Both the position numbers and the translations under genes were made by a program. The notes beneath the pieces were generated by a model that saw nothing but the letters and a program-made list of their open reading frames with translations, ran no database searches and had not been told where the DNA came from. A DNA stretch of 64,000 bases from Candidatus Omnitrophota bacterium (lineage in GTDB: Bacteria; Omnitrophota; Gorgyraeia; 2-02-FULL-51-18). The DNA is taken from contig JAHFFN010000001.1 in assembly GCA_023247915.1 (NCBI GenBank), positions 9,417-73,416 on the forward strand. Direction: 5' to 3'. Below, in pieces: positions 36,648 through 45,998 of the stretch. The number at the start of each line of letters is the position of its first letter. The stretch's first letter is position 1.

Positions 36648-36759
36648 CTTATAACAGGCTCAGATGCAAGGCGCGAATGAAGTTTGCGCGGAGGCGTGCC
36701 GGGAGGCACGCCGCACAAGCAAACTTTGTTCGCAACGTAGCAGATGAGCCTGTTATAAG
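36648..36759. other. About 112-nt imperfect long hairpin (nested inverted repeats) between element B and tRNA-Ser(GCT)
   Basis: Outer 14-bp inverted repeat cttataacaggctc/gagcctgttataag. Inner helices gcgaa/ttcgc and aagtttgc/gcaaactt, with apex ggcgtgcc-ggga-ggcacgcc. No U-tract on either strand. Confidence 0.5.
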
Positions 36760-36765
36760 AAAAAC

Positions 36766-36853
36766 GGAGAGACTGGGATTCGAACCCAGGGACCAGTTTT
36801 ACCCGGTCAGTCACTTAGCAGGCGACTGCAATCGGCCTCTCTGCCATCTCTCC
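36766..36853 (-). tRNA. tRNA-Ser (anticodon GCT)
   Basis: GGAGAGA acceptor, anticodon stem-loop GTCGC-CTGCTAA-GTGAC, long variable arm, T-arm CTGGG-TTCGAAT-CCCAG, TCTCTCC-G. Confidence 0.85.
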
Positions 36854-36885
36854 AAAAACTATTTTAAGTCAGCAAACAAGAATGG

Positions 36886-36970
36886 CGGAGAGGGTAGGAT
36901 TCGAACCCACGGTACCTTTCGGCACATCCGCTTTCAAGGCGGACGCAATCGACCACTCTGCCACCTCTCC
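36886..36970 (-). tRNA. tRNA-Ser (anticodon TGA)
   Basis: GGAGAGG acceptor, anticodon stem-loop TCCGC-CTTGAAA-GCGGA, long variable arm, GTGGG-TTCGAAT-CCTAC, CCTCTCC-G. Confidence 0.85.
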
Positions 36971-36982
36971 TAAAAGCTGAGA

Positions 36983-38257
36983 TTATTTCTTGATCACGCT
37001 CACGCCGCCCATGTACGGGCGAAGCACTTCGGGAATTAAAACAGATCCGTCTGCGTTTTGAAAATTTTCTAAGATGGCGATCATGACGCGCGGAAGCGCC
37101 AATCCCGAACCGTTAAGCGTGTGAACAAATTCAGACTTGGTAGAACCTTTGCGTTTAAAACGGATATTCGCGCGGCGCGCTTGAAAGTCTTCGAAGTTAC
37201 TCACCGACGAAACCTCCAACCACCGCCCCATTCCCGGCGCCCAAGCCTCGATATCATAGCACTTGGCCGCGGCAAAGCCCATATCACCACTACAAAGCTG
37301 CAGCACCCGGTAAGGAATTCCCAGTTTTTGTAAAATCACTTCCGCGTCTTTTAATAATTTCTCATGTTCTTGATACGAATCTTCCGGCCGAGTAAATTTA
37401 ACCAGCTCCACCTTGTCAAACTGATGGATACGCACCAACCCCTTGGTGTCTTTGCCGTAGGAGCCCGCTTCCCGGCGAAAACAGGGGGTGTAAGCCGTGT
37501 ACTTGAGCGGCAAGTCCTCTTCCTTCAAAACATCATCACGGTGAACATTGGTCACCGGCACTTCGGCGGTCGGGATTAAAAATAAGTCTTCGTCTTTCAA
37601 ACGATAGAGATCTTCTTCAAATTTGGGGAGTTGCCCCGTCCCGGTCATAGTCGCACGATTCACCAAGGATGGTGGCCAAAACTCCGTATACCCATGCTCT
37701 CGGGTATGCGTGTCCAACATAAAGTTAATCAAAGCCCGTTGGAGTCGAGCCCCCATTCCACGGTACAGGGCAAAACCACTCCCCGAAATCTTGGAAGAGA
37801 CCGCCATATCGAACATTCCTAGCTCCTGACCCAGCTCGGTATGCTCTTTTGGCTTAAAATCATGCTTTTTTGGCTCCCCCCAGCTAGAAACCACTGTATT
37901 TTGGGTAGAATCAGACCCAATTTTAACCGATTTATGAGGTATATTTGGGATAATATATAGTATTTCATTCAATTTTGAATCAAATTCACCCACTCTTACT
38001 TCAAATTCTTTGATTTTTTGGGAAGTGGATTTCATGGAGTCAATCTCGCCCTTGGCATCTTTCTTCTCCTTAAGAAGGGCGGAGATACGGTCATTGGCCT
38101 TATTCTTCTCGGCACGCAGTGCCTCCAGCTCTTGGAGCACCTGCCGGCGATCCATATCCAGGCGTAAAAAAGCCTCAAAATCGAGCTTGGGCGCCCTTAC
38201 TTTTAGGGCTTCCTTCACCTGTTCCTTATTGTCTCTAATAAAGGATAAATCCAGCAT
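36983..38257 (-). CDS. serS: Seryl-tRNA synthetase
   Basis: 424 aa. N-terminal coiled-coil arm (MLDLSFIRDNKEQVKEALKVR) and class II catalytic core motifs. Confidence 0.9.
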   Translation of the reverse strand: MLDLSFIRDNKEQVKEALKVRAPKLDFEAFLRLDMDRRQVLQELEALRAEKNKANDRISALLKEKKDAKGEIDSMKSTSQKIKEFEVRVGEFDSKLNEILYIIPNIPHKSVKIGSDSTQNTVVSSWGEPKKHDFKPKEHTELGQELGMFDMAVSSKISGSGFALYRGMGARLQRALINFMLDTHTREHGYTEFWPPSLVNRATMTGTGQLPKFEEDLYRLKDEDLFLIPTAEVPVTNVHRDDVLKEEDLPLKYTAYTPCFRREAGSYGKDTKGLVRIHQFDKVELVKFTRPEDSYQEHEKLLKDAEVILQKLGIPYRVLQLCSGDMGFAAAKCYDIEAWAPGMGRWLEVSSVSNFEDFQARRANIRFKRKGSTKSEFVHTLNGSGLALPRVMIAILENFQNADGSVLIPEVLRPYMGGVSVIKK

Positions 38258-38380
38258 TCCATCCTCGCTAAAATGTTTTGAGCTACTTTACCACTCTAAT
38301 ATATCCGGCGCCACAATTTTTGAGAGAGACAGGCTTCTGGAAAGGGTTAAATCTAGGAGCGAATGGGGGCTCTTTTTGGG

Positions 38381-38950
38381 TTAGCGCGTCGCCAGCCGTA
38401 AGGATTCAAGATCTGACACGGTATTGATATTCCTCAATTCCCGAATCGGTTGGTTCAAGGGGATGATATTTTTTTCTGAAATGGACTCAATGAGCCCCCG
38501 CATCGATAATTTTTCCATCGAAAGGCATCTGGAAATTTCGGGAAACAGGCCGGAAGGGTAAATGCCGGGGAATGGTTCTATTTTCTCCCCGGGTAACGCG
38601 TACAATGTCAGCACGGGTTTTTCTTTATTTTCATTGATCAGATATTTTAATAATTCCTGACTCACCGCCGGCATGTCACAGGTTAGCACCAGAAAATCAA
38701 CACCCGGATACAGGGACATCGCGGTTTCAATTCCTCCGAGCGGCCCTTTTTGCGGCAAACGGTCATAATGAACCGTCGCCTTGGGAATGGAACAAATTTT
38801 CTTTTCCTGCGTCACCACTAAAGGGAAAAGCTCGAGCTCATCCAATATTTTTACCGCCCGCAAAAGAAAAGATTCTCCCTTGTAAAGAGCTTCCGCCTTA
38901 TCTGAGCCAAATCGCCGGCTTAAACCTCCGGCCAAAACAAGTCCGCGCAT
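38381..38950 (-). CDS. mobA: Molybdenum cofactor guanylyltransferase
   Basis: LVLAGGLSRRFGSDKAEA is the MobA N-terminal motif. The start is probably MRGLVLAGG (around 38950), abutting the moaE stop. Confidence 0.75.
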   Translation of the reverse strand: MRGLVLAGGLSRRFGSDKAEALYKGESFLLRAVKILDELELFPLVVTQEKKICSIPKATVHYDRLPQKGPLGGIETAMSLYPGVDFLVLTCDMPAVSQELLKYLINENKEKPVLTLYALPGEKIEPFPGIYPSGLFPEISRCLSMEKLSMRGLIESISEKNIIPLNQPIRELRNINTVSDLESLRLATR

Positions 38951-39378
38951 CACAGCAAAACTTCCTGGGTGTGATGACAAACCCCCCATTCTGAGGAATC
39001 GTCATTAAAAAATTGTTTTTTCCAGATAGGAACTTCCCGCTTAATGCCTTCTATCACAAAACGGCAAGCGGAAAACGCCTCTTGGCGATGAGCGGAACTC
39101 ACAACAATCGCGACGGCCGCTTCCCCGACTTCAATCATTCCCACACGGTGTAAAACCCGGATATCCTCGACAGCCCATTGGCTTTTTGCCCGATGGATCA
39201 AATCAGCGATCATTTTAACGGCCATCGGCAAGTAACATTCATAATAAAGCCTTCGCACCTCTTGGCCTTCATCATGGTTTCTCACAAATCCCACAAAGGA
39301 CGCGACGGCACCGCAACGCGAATTAGCGGTGTTTGAGAAAAATTTTTCCAACAAGATGGGGTCAGTGGTAATGGACAT
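38950..39378 (-). CDS. moaE: Molybdopterin synthase catalytic subunit
   Basis: 142 aa, of MoaE family size, with the conserved VGFVRNHDEG-like block. Lies in the moa operon. Confidence 0.75.
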   Translation of the reverse strand: MSITTDPILLEKFFSNTANSRCGAVASFVGFVRNHDEGQEVRRLYYECYLPMAVKMIADLIHRAKSQWAVEDIRVLHRVGMIEVGEAAVAIVVSSAHRQEAFSACRFVIEGIKREVPIWKKQFFNDDSSEWGVCHHTQEVLL

Positions 39379-39382
39379 GGAA

Positions 39383-39640
39383 TCAGCCGCCGGACATAGG
39401 CATCATAATCGCCAGACAATCCCCCTCTTTTAGCTCTGTGTCTGGCATTTCAAAAGTCTCGTTGATCGCGTACACCAACGATTGTTTTTTTAAAAAATAC
39501 GTTTTGGAATCATGAGAAAAATAATCCGTGACCTCTCCTGCTTTAATTTTATCCGGAACAACCAGGGAATGGCTCGCGCCAAACATTTCTCTGAGCTCCG
39601 CAAAAAAAAGAACCTGAATTTTCACGAAATACCTCCGCAC
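39383..39640 (-). CDS. moaD: Molybdopterin synthase sulfur carrier subunit
   Basis: 85 aa, ending in Gly-Gly (MMPMSGG). Located between moeA and moaE. Confidence 0.75.
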   Translation of the reverse strand: MRRYFVKIQVLFFAELREMFGASHSLVVPDKIKAGEVTDYFSHDSKTYFLKKQSLVYAINETFEMPDTELKEGDCLAIMMPMSGG

Positions 39641-40848
39641 AGGTAGGGCAAGGAATGCACTTCCACTTTTTCACCCACCTCTAACACCTGCTTCGAGCCG
39701 GGGACTACCACAAAACTATTAGCCTGACAAAAAGATGACAACATGTGAGATTGTTGATGCTTCAAAGGAGTGACCTGGCGTTCTTGGGTGGGTTCGACAC
39801 GCGCTTTGATAAATAATGTCTTTTCCTGATCCGGATAGATCGCTTGGGAAAGCTTGATCCATTCTGACGAAAGAGCCGCATCGGCGTATCCCATTGAAAA
39901 ACGGATCGCCGGATACACATATTCATAAAAACAGGTAAAAACACTGGCGGGATTTCCCGGCAGACCAAACACAAGACAGTTTTCTTTCTTTCCAAAATAA
40001 AGCGGCTTGCCCGGTTTCTGGCTGACTTTCCAAAAAATTGTTTCGACGCCTGAGTCTGCGAGAATCGGTTTCACATAATCAAAATCTCCGACAGATACCC
40101 CTCCCATAAGAATCAAAATATTGCTTTCTTTTAAAGCGAAATGAATCATTTTTTTAATCAAGTCCGGACGATCGGGCACCTTGCGTGTAAAAAAAGGGCG
40201 AATCCTCATGCCTTCCAGTGCCGCGCGAATCATGGCGGTATTTGAATCGTATATTTTTCCGCGCTCCAAAGGATTGCCCGGTACCGTCAATTCACTGCCT
40301 GTAGCAACCAGTGAAATTTTAGGAATCTGATAGGCATAGAGGTGATGGATTCCCATGGACGCCAAAAAACCGACTGTGCCCGGATTGATCACGGAGCCTT
40401 CAGAGAGAACGGTTTGACCCTTTTTTATCTCCTCGCCTTTGCGGCGAATATTCTTTCCAGGAGACACCGGTGATTTCACGATAAGAAAATTATCTTGGAC
40501 AACCACGTTTTCTTTCGCCAAAACGGCGTCGGTGCCTTTCGGAATCGGTGCTCCCGTCATAAGGCCGCAAGCCTGCCCTTTTCTAATCGCCAATGAACTC
40601 GAGTCCCCGGCTTTCACGACACCCCGAATGGAAAGCCGTACCGGTGCTTCAAGGGTAGCGTCTTGGGTATCCGCGGATTTTAAAGCAAAACCATCCATCG
40701 CTGAATTATCAAACACGGGCAGAGAAATCGGCGCTTTTAGATTTCGGGCATTCACATGACCTAACGCTTCCAATAAAGGAATATTTTCTTCCTTCAAGGA
40801 AAGCTTGTGTTGGGCGATAAGTCTCTGAGCTTCGCTACAAGAAATCAT
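39622..40848 (-). CDS. moeA: Molybdopterin molybdotransferase
   Basis: 408 aa. MoeA N-terminal domain followed by the MoCF-biosynthesis domain (GGVSVGDFD). Confidence 0.85.
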   Translation of the reverse strand: MISCSEAQRLIAQHKLSLKEENIPLLEALGHVNARNLKAPISLPVFDNSAMDGFALKSADTQDATLEAPVRLSIRGVVKAGDSSSLAIRKGQACGLMTGAPIPKGTDAVLAKENVVVQDNFLIVKSPVSPGKNIRRKGEEIKKGQTVLSEGSVINPGTVGFLASMGIHHLYAYQIPKISLVATGSELTVPGNPLERGKIYDSNTAMIRAALEGMRIRPFFTRKVPDRPDLIKKMIHFALKESNILILMGGVSVGDFDYVKPILADSGVETIFWKVSQKPGKPLYFGKKENCLVFGLPGNPASVFTCFYEYVYPAIRFSMGYADAALSSEWIKLSQAIYPDQEKTLFIKARVEPTQERQVTPLKHQQSHMLSSFCQANSFVVVPGSKQVLEVGEKVEVHSLPYLCGGIS

Positions 40849-41597
40849 TAAAAAGCCTTTAAAACCAGGTTGATTGAAATAAATAAAACTAACCCTGCCA
40901 AAATTCTCTGAAGTTTAATCAGTGGGAGGTGGTGAGACCCCAATCGGGAGCCGATCCATCCTCCCAAAAAAGCCGAAAAGGCCAAGAGCCATAGATTGGG
41001 TGTCAGCGCTAATCCATTTTGAAGTTTTCCGGCAAGGCCTGACAGAGAATTTACAAAAATAAAAAAACTGGCGGCGGCAGAGGCTTCACCAAGAGTCGCC
41101 AAGCCTGTCAGAATTAAAAAAGGACTTAAAAAAATTCCTCCTCCGATCCCGACAAGCCCTGAAAAAAATCCCATCAGGGCTCCGGCAGGCAAACCCAAAG
41201 ACCAAAGTCTCTTGGTCGTTATCTCACGCTTATCTGCGGAACCACTGCGCAATAGAAAAAGTCTCAGCCCCGCAAACGCCAGGCACGCGCCTAAAAGAAT
41301 ATAGAAAACTTCCTTTTTAAGCGGCACATGCGCGCCTACAAATGCCAGCGGAATCGACAATGCCATAAAAGGTAAAACCAGCCGGAAGCGGAAATGCCCC
41401 GCTTTATAAAAATGAAAAAAACCAACACTGGAAACGACGAGATTGCAAATCAGCGCGATCGGAGCGCTTTGAGTGTGCGTGAAACCTGCCAGTGTCAAAA
41501 CCAAAAGATACGAAGAACCTCCGGCAAACCCTACCGTCGAATAGATAAAGGCAACAGCAAAAAATAAAAGTGGCAGTATTTGAAGAATGTGGCTCAT
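40848..41597 (-). CDS. TauE/SafE (DUF81) family membrane transporter
   Basis: 249 aa with about 8 TM segments. The Gly-rich pseudo-repeat is typical of PF01925. Confidence 0.6.
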   Translation of the reverse strand: MSHILQILPLLFFAVAFIYSTVGFAGGSSYLLVLTLAGFTHTQSAPIALICNLVVSSVGFFHFYKAGHFRFRLVLPFMALSIPLAFVGAHVPLKKEVFYILLGACLAFAGLRLFLLRSGSADKREITTKRLWSLGLPAGALMGFFSGLVGIGGGIFLSPFLILTGLATLGEASAAASFFIFVNSLSGLAGKLQNGLALTPNLWLLAFSAFLGGWIGSRLGSHHLPLIKLQRILAGLVLFISINLVLKAF

Positions 41598-42526
41598 ATT
41601 CCCGACTCCTGTTTAAGAATTAATTCATGTCCAAGGCCTCTCATCATTTTAAAGGCATGAAGAATGGCCGGGAAAATAGCATCAAGCGACTCTTCCACTC
41701 CACTGGAAGAGCCGGGCAAAGTCACGATCAATGTTTTTCCTCTCTGTCCCGCTAATCCCCGCGATAGCATCGCGTAGGGCGTGCGGCGCTGGCCAAAACC
41801 GCGCGCGGCCTCCATGATTCCCGGAATCTCGCGCTCAAGAACTTCTGTGACCGCTTCCACCGTAACATCCCGAGGACCCAAGCCCGTCCCCCCCGTGGTT
41901 AAAATAAGATTCACGCCTTTGTCGCAATATTCCAAAAGGCCGTGTTGAATAATTTCTTTGTCGTCCGGAAGAACGGAATAATCCGCCGGAATCCCCAGCG
42001 AGGCAAGCCGTTCTAAAATAATTTTTCCTGATTTATCCTGCCGGGTGCCCCTGGAAGTGCTATCGGAAGTGACAATGACGGCCGCTTTGAAATTGACAGG
42101 TATTTTTTCTTTAAAACTACTTTTTCCGCCGGTCTTTTGGATTAATTTTGTGCCGGTGATTTGAAGTTCCGTATCGATGGGCTTCAGCATATCGTAAATT
42201 GTGAGTGCGGCGACACTGGCCGCCGTCAGTGCTTCCATTTCAACGCCGGTTTTGGCGACCGCTTCGACCGTGGCTTGAATCAGCACTTCTGTTTCTTGAA
42301 CAATGAATTCGATCTCCACCCAATCAATCGCGATTGGGTGACAATAAGGCAAAAGTTCCGGTGTTTTTTTGGCCGCCATCACTCCCGCCGCGCGCGCAAT
42401 CGGTAAAATATCTTTTTTAGGGATGTCATTTTTTTCTAGGCGTCGCAGTGTTTCGGATTTGACCAGAACGCGGCTTTCCGCGACGGCCCGTCTAAGCGTT
42501 TCAATTTTTTGAGTGACTGATCTCAT
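41594..42526 (-). CDS. moaC: Fused cyclic pyranopterin monophosphate synthase (MoaC) / MogA-MoaB-like molybdopterin adenylyltransferase
   Basis: The N-terminal 150 aa are MoaC-like (LPYCHPI..., GVEMEALTAASVAALTIYDM). The C-terminal 160 aa are MogA/MoaB-like (TSDSTSRG...GGTGLGPRD). Confidence 0.75.
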   Translation of the reverse strand: MRSVTQKIETLRRAVAESRVLVKSETLRRLEKNDIPKKDILPIARAAGVMAAKKTPELLPYCHPIAIDWVEIEFIVQETEVLIQATVEAVAKTGVEMEALTAASVAALTIYDMLKPIDTELQITGTKLIQKTGGKSSFKEKIPVNFKAAVIVTSDSTSRGTRQDKSGKIILERLASLGIPADYSVLPDDKEIIQHGLLEYCDKGVNLILTTGGTGLGPRDVTVEAVTEVLEREIPGIMEAARGFGQRRTPYAMLSRGLAGQRGKTLIVTLPGSSSGVEESLDAIFPAILHAFKMMRGLGHELILKQESGI

Positions 42527-42530
42527 GGTT

Positions 42531-43511
42531 TTATCCTCCTACGGCTGTCATTACAAAATCATTGTGAGGCACTTCCGGACTATTTAAAAAATGCTCCTCT
42601 GGCCGGTTGAATACCGTCTCCAAAATATGTTTTTTTATCTCGTTTCGAGAATCGCCTTGCCGTAATAACTTTTTTAAATTCAAATCTTCTTTTCCGTGAA
42701 GACAGGTTTTCATCATCCCATTGGCCTTCAAGCGTAAACGATTGCACTTGGCACAAAAAACATTGGAAAGAGGGCTGATAAATCCTGCCTTCGTCTGAGT
42801 TCCTTCTAAATGAAAAGTTCTTGCCGGTGCGTGAGGATTTTCATCGTCGGGAATCAGATTGTATTTTCCTTCGATCAATTTTTTAGCGATATCCGCGCTC
42901 ATAAAACGACCCGCTCTAACTTCAAGAATCTCATTGGCTGTCGGCATCCATTCAATAAAGCGCAGATCTAGCCGCTTTTTAACCGAAAAATCCACAAGAT
43001 CCATGATTTCGTGATCGTTAACCCCCTTCATCAGGACAGCATTGATTTTTATGGGTGTTATTTTTTGATCCACAGCCTCTTGGATGCCATCCAGCACGTC
43101 CTGCCATTTGTCAGCACCCGTGATCCGTTTAAAATTCTCACGGTCAAGCGTATCCAAACTGATATTGATACGGTCTAAGCCCGCTTTTTTTAAATCACTG
43201 GCGAAATGTTTCAGCAAAACACCATTGGTCGTCATCACCACTTCCCGGATACCCGCAATCTTTTTGACGCGACTCACAAGATTGACCGCGTCTTTTCGAA
43301 GCAAGGGCTCCCCTCCCGTCAAACGCACTTTCCAGATGCCAAGTTCCGCAAAGATAGAAACAATTGTGACGATCTCGTCCTCATTTAATATTTCGTCTTC
43401 CTTAAAAGGATTGAGAGCCCCGTGCGGCATGCAGTAAAAACAACGCAGATTGCAACGGTCAATCAACGACACCCTTAAATAAGTCAGTTCTCGTCCGTAC
43501 TTATCAATCAT
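42531..43511 (-). CDS. moaA: GTP 3',8-cyclase (radical SAM)
   Basis: CNLRCFYCMP radical-SAM cluster motif and a C-terminal second-cluster Cys motif. Confidence 0.9.
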   Translation of the reverse strand: MIDKYGRELTYLRVSLIDRCNLRCFYCMPHGALNPFKEDEILNEDEIVTIVSIFAELGIWKVRLTGGEPLLRKDAVNLVSRVKKIAGIREVVMTTNGVLLKHFASDLKKAGLDRINISLDTLDRENFKRITGADKWQDVLDGIQEAVDQKITPIKINAVLMKGVNDHEIMDLVDFSVKKRLDLRFIEWMPTANEILEVRAGRFMSADIAKKLIEGKYNLIPDDENPHAPARTFHLEGTQTKAGFISPLSNVFCAKCNRLRLKANGMMKTCLHGKEDLNLKKLLRQGDSRNEIKKHILETVFNRPEEHFLNSPEVPHNDFVMTAVGG

Positions 43512-43520
43512 TCGATCCCC

Positions 43521-45077
43521 TTAAAAATTAATGGCCACTTCCATGTAAAACAAATCAGCGTTTCTTTTTGTCGTAAAAAATCGTTTCACGACATCGTCGC
43601 CGTAAAAGTGACTGTAATAGGCCATCACCGTCAAGTCCGGATTGACAGCCCATGTCAGGGTCGTGTCCACCATCCTTCCCAATTGTTTCTGACTATTCGA
43701 AGTGCGTGCCGCAAAGTCATCCGCGACATTGTCATGAATCGCGCCCGACCCGAGATACCAGCGATCATTTTTTTCAGAAAGTTCTACCGCGTGAAACTCT
43801 GTTCTCCACGTCAAAAAGTCCTTCGGCTTCAAGATTAAAGAAACAAAAGCATCTTCGGTATTCATCATGTTGTAAAGAATCGAGAATGAATAAAGCCTGG
43901 CGGTCGGCAACATCTGATGAAAGGTTCCGTGTGTCTCGTCCGCGGGATCGTTGTCACCGGAACCTTGATTAAATCCAACGCGCAACCAAGGCGTCCAAGG
44001 CGCTTGAGTGAGTTGATAACCTGTCTCGGCGGCAAACGCATACGCGGACTGTTCTTGTTCGAACCAACTACCGGTTTGATACGCGCCCCACCCGAGAACA
44101 TCCCACACACCAGAGCCCACCGTATAATCCCCCACCACATGCCCGCCAAAAGTGTAAAGATCAATATCACTTTCACGGCCTGCCAAAATAGTGCGCCCTG
44201 TATTATCCAAGCGTACCGTCGTGGCAGCGATGTTGCGGTGATCGTCGTAGTTATAGTAAAAAAACTGTTCTTCCATTCCTGGAATCAGTCTGTCTTTTTT
44301 GATATTGGCTTCCACGGCCATCACGTCAATATCTTGAATCGAACGCTGAGCTCTTTCCTCAAAACCACCCTGAGTCGGGCTAAAGCCGGCGACGCTGATT
44401 TGTGAAAAATCATCTTCACGCGCGACTTTCCACCCGTCAAAAGAACGTCCGTAGTGTGACCATTCGAAACTACCGATCAAGCGGTCGCCAATGCGTTGGG
44501 TTTTAAGCCAATCGATCTTTTTATCCGTGGATTTCATCTCATTGCCACTGGAATAATTAAAACGGCCGACCGTTTCGGTGACTCCACGAAGCCACTTCAC
44601 GTCTCCAAAAACAGGCTCTAAGAGCTGCCGGGTCTGCTTAATCTCAAGATTTAAGTATTTGATAAATTGGCCATGAGAATTACGGTCTCTTGAATTGGAA
44701 AAATAAAGCGAACCTGAGCCGGCTCCGGCGCTCGTCTTCGTAGGTAGATTTGAGAGCTGTGTGTATTGATGCGTGTAATTGACATTAAAAATATCATGCA
44801 CCCAACGCGCGCCGAACCGAAGTTGATTGGCTAAAAATTCGTAATCATTGTCGGTGGTGGACGTAAAATAGTTCCAAGCTTCATAACGGAGCCGATCCCG
44901 TCCAAAAAATGACACATTGCCCCAATCATTCGGCAAGGTCAACCGGAGATCTTTGAGTGTCACAAATCCGGGATCGGTTTTTAACGAAAAACCTGTCTCT
45001 TTTGCCGATGCCACGGATCCCCACAAACACAGGGTGACTGCTATGACTGCGATATTCCATTTATTTATGATTTTCAT
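43521..45077 (-). CDS. Outer-membrane beta-barrel porin (alginate-export/AlgE-like family)
   Basis: 518 aa. Signal peptide, alternating beta-strand pattern, C-terminal aromatic residue (…EVAINF). Confidence 0.45.
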   Translation of the reverse strand: MKIINKWNIAVIAVTLCLWGSVASAKETGFSLKTDPGFVTLKDLRLTLPNDWGNVSFFGRDRLRYEAWNYFTSTTDNDYEFLANQLRFGARWVHDIFNVNYTHQYTQLSNLPTKTSAGAGSGSLYFSNSRDRNSHGQFIKYLNLEIKQTRQLLEPVFGDVKWLRGVTETVGRFNYSSGNEMKSTDKKIDWLKTQRIGDRLIGSFEWSHYGRSFDGWKVAREDDFSQISVAGFSPTQGGFEERAQRSIQDIDVMAVEANIKKDRLIPGMEEQFFYYNYDDHRNIAATTVRLDNTGRTILAGRESDIDLYTFGGHVVGDYTVGSGVWDVLGWGAYQTGSWFEQEQSAYAFAAETGYQLTQAPWTPWLRVGFNQGSGDNDPADETHGTFHQMLPTARLYSFSILYNMMNTEDAFVSLILKPKDFLTWRTEFHAVELSEKNDRWYLGSGAIHDNVADDFAARTSNSQKQLGRMVDTTLTWAVNPDLTVMAYYSHFYGDDVVKRFFTTKRNADLFYMEVAINF

Positions 45078-45142
45078 TGTTTGTTTTCTCCCGTTGTTGT
45101 TTTAAATAAAAGCGTCCATCCTTGGAACGCCTTTTAAACACC

Positions 45143-45162
45143 GGGAAACTTCTTTATTTCCC
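45143..45162 (-). promoter_or_regulatory. Intergenic RNA hairpin GGGAAAU-AAAGAA-GUUUCCC (hexaloop with A1/G4) between nrtD and the porin gene
   Basis: Palindrome gggaaacttctttatttccc at 45143-45162. It lies 14 nt after the nrtD stop, and a second stem plus U-tract (GGCGU...ACGCUUUUAUUU) follows on the minus strand. Confidence 0.45.
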
Positions 45163-45175
45163 TAATTAAAATGAA

Positions 45176-45988
45176 TTAAGCGGCTACCGAATGGTCGCCG
45201 TAACTCTCGCTCTCCAAAAATCCAATGAGTGTTCCCCGATGAACATAATAATCAGGATGCTCAATCACTTCCTGTTTATTACGGGGTCGCTCAAAATTAA
45301 CTTTTAGAATATTACCTACATGCGCGCGTGGCCCACTCGTCATCATGACGACTCTATCTGAAAGATACAGCGCCTCGTCCACGTCGTGAGTCACCATAAG
45401 AGCCGTTATTTTTTCGGTATTCCAAATATCGAGTAAGATTTCTTGGAGATCCGCGCGGGTGAGCGAATCCAGCATGCCGAATGGCTCGTCCAAAAGCAGT
45501 AATTTAGGCTTTAAAGCGAACGCGCGCGCGAGACTGACACGTTGCTTCATTCCGATGGAAAGTTCGGACGCTTTTTTATTCAAACTGTCCCCAAGACCCA
45601 CACGTTCGAGATAATGCTTACAAACCGCCACGCGCTCTTTATGGGAATCGTTTGGCCTCACCTGATCGACACCAATCAATACATTTTGAAGAGCCGTCAT
45701 CCACGGAAAGAGACTGGGGCTCTGAAACACAACGCCGCGGTCAGGACCCGGTTCCTCAATCAGTCGGTTTTGAAGAATCACCCCGCCGCGGGACACCTTA
45801 TTCAACCCCGCCGCCACCATCAACATCGTGGACTTACCGCAACCGGAATGCCCAATGATGGTGATAAATTCACCCTTCGCGATGCGAAGCTCAAACCCCT
45901 CCACGACAGCAATAGGCCCATTGGGCGAAGGATATTCCTTCGTCGTGTCCGTAAAATGAAGAAATGGATTTAGAAGTTCCATGGACAT
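45176..45988 (-). CDS. nrtD: Nitrate/sulfonate/bicarbonate-type ABC transporter ATP-binding subunit (NrtD-like)
   Basis: GHSGCGKST Walker A, LSIGMKQRVSLARA signature. The start is probably M20/M22 (MSMELLNPF). Confidence 0.7.
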   Translation of the reverse strand: MSMELLNPFLHFTDTTKEYPSPNGPIAVVEGFELRIAKGEFITIIGHSGCGKSTMLMVAAGLNKVSRGGVILQNRLIEEPGPDRGVVFQSPSLFPWMTALQNVLIGVDQVRPNDSHKERVAVCKHYLERVGLGDSLNKKASELSIGMKQRVSLARAFALKPKLLLLDEPFGMLDSLTRADLQEILLDIWNTEKITALMVTHDVDEALYLSDRVVMMTSGPRAHVGNILKVNFERPRNKQEVIEHPDYYVHRGTLIGFLESESYGDHSVAA

Positions 45989-45998
45989 ACTGTCGGGC

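Noticed and set aside
45542-45973. 143-aa plus-strand ORF and other antisense ORFs inside the nrtD, nasA and nirB genes
   Set aside because: They are embedded antisense in well-supported ABC ATPase and oxidoreductase genes. No independent support.
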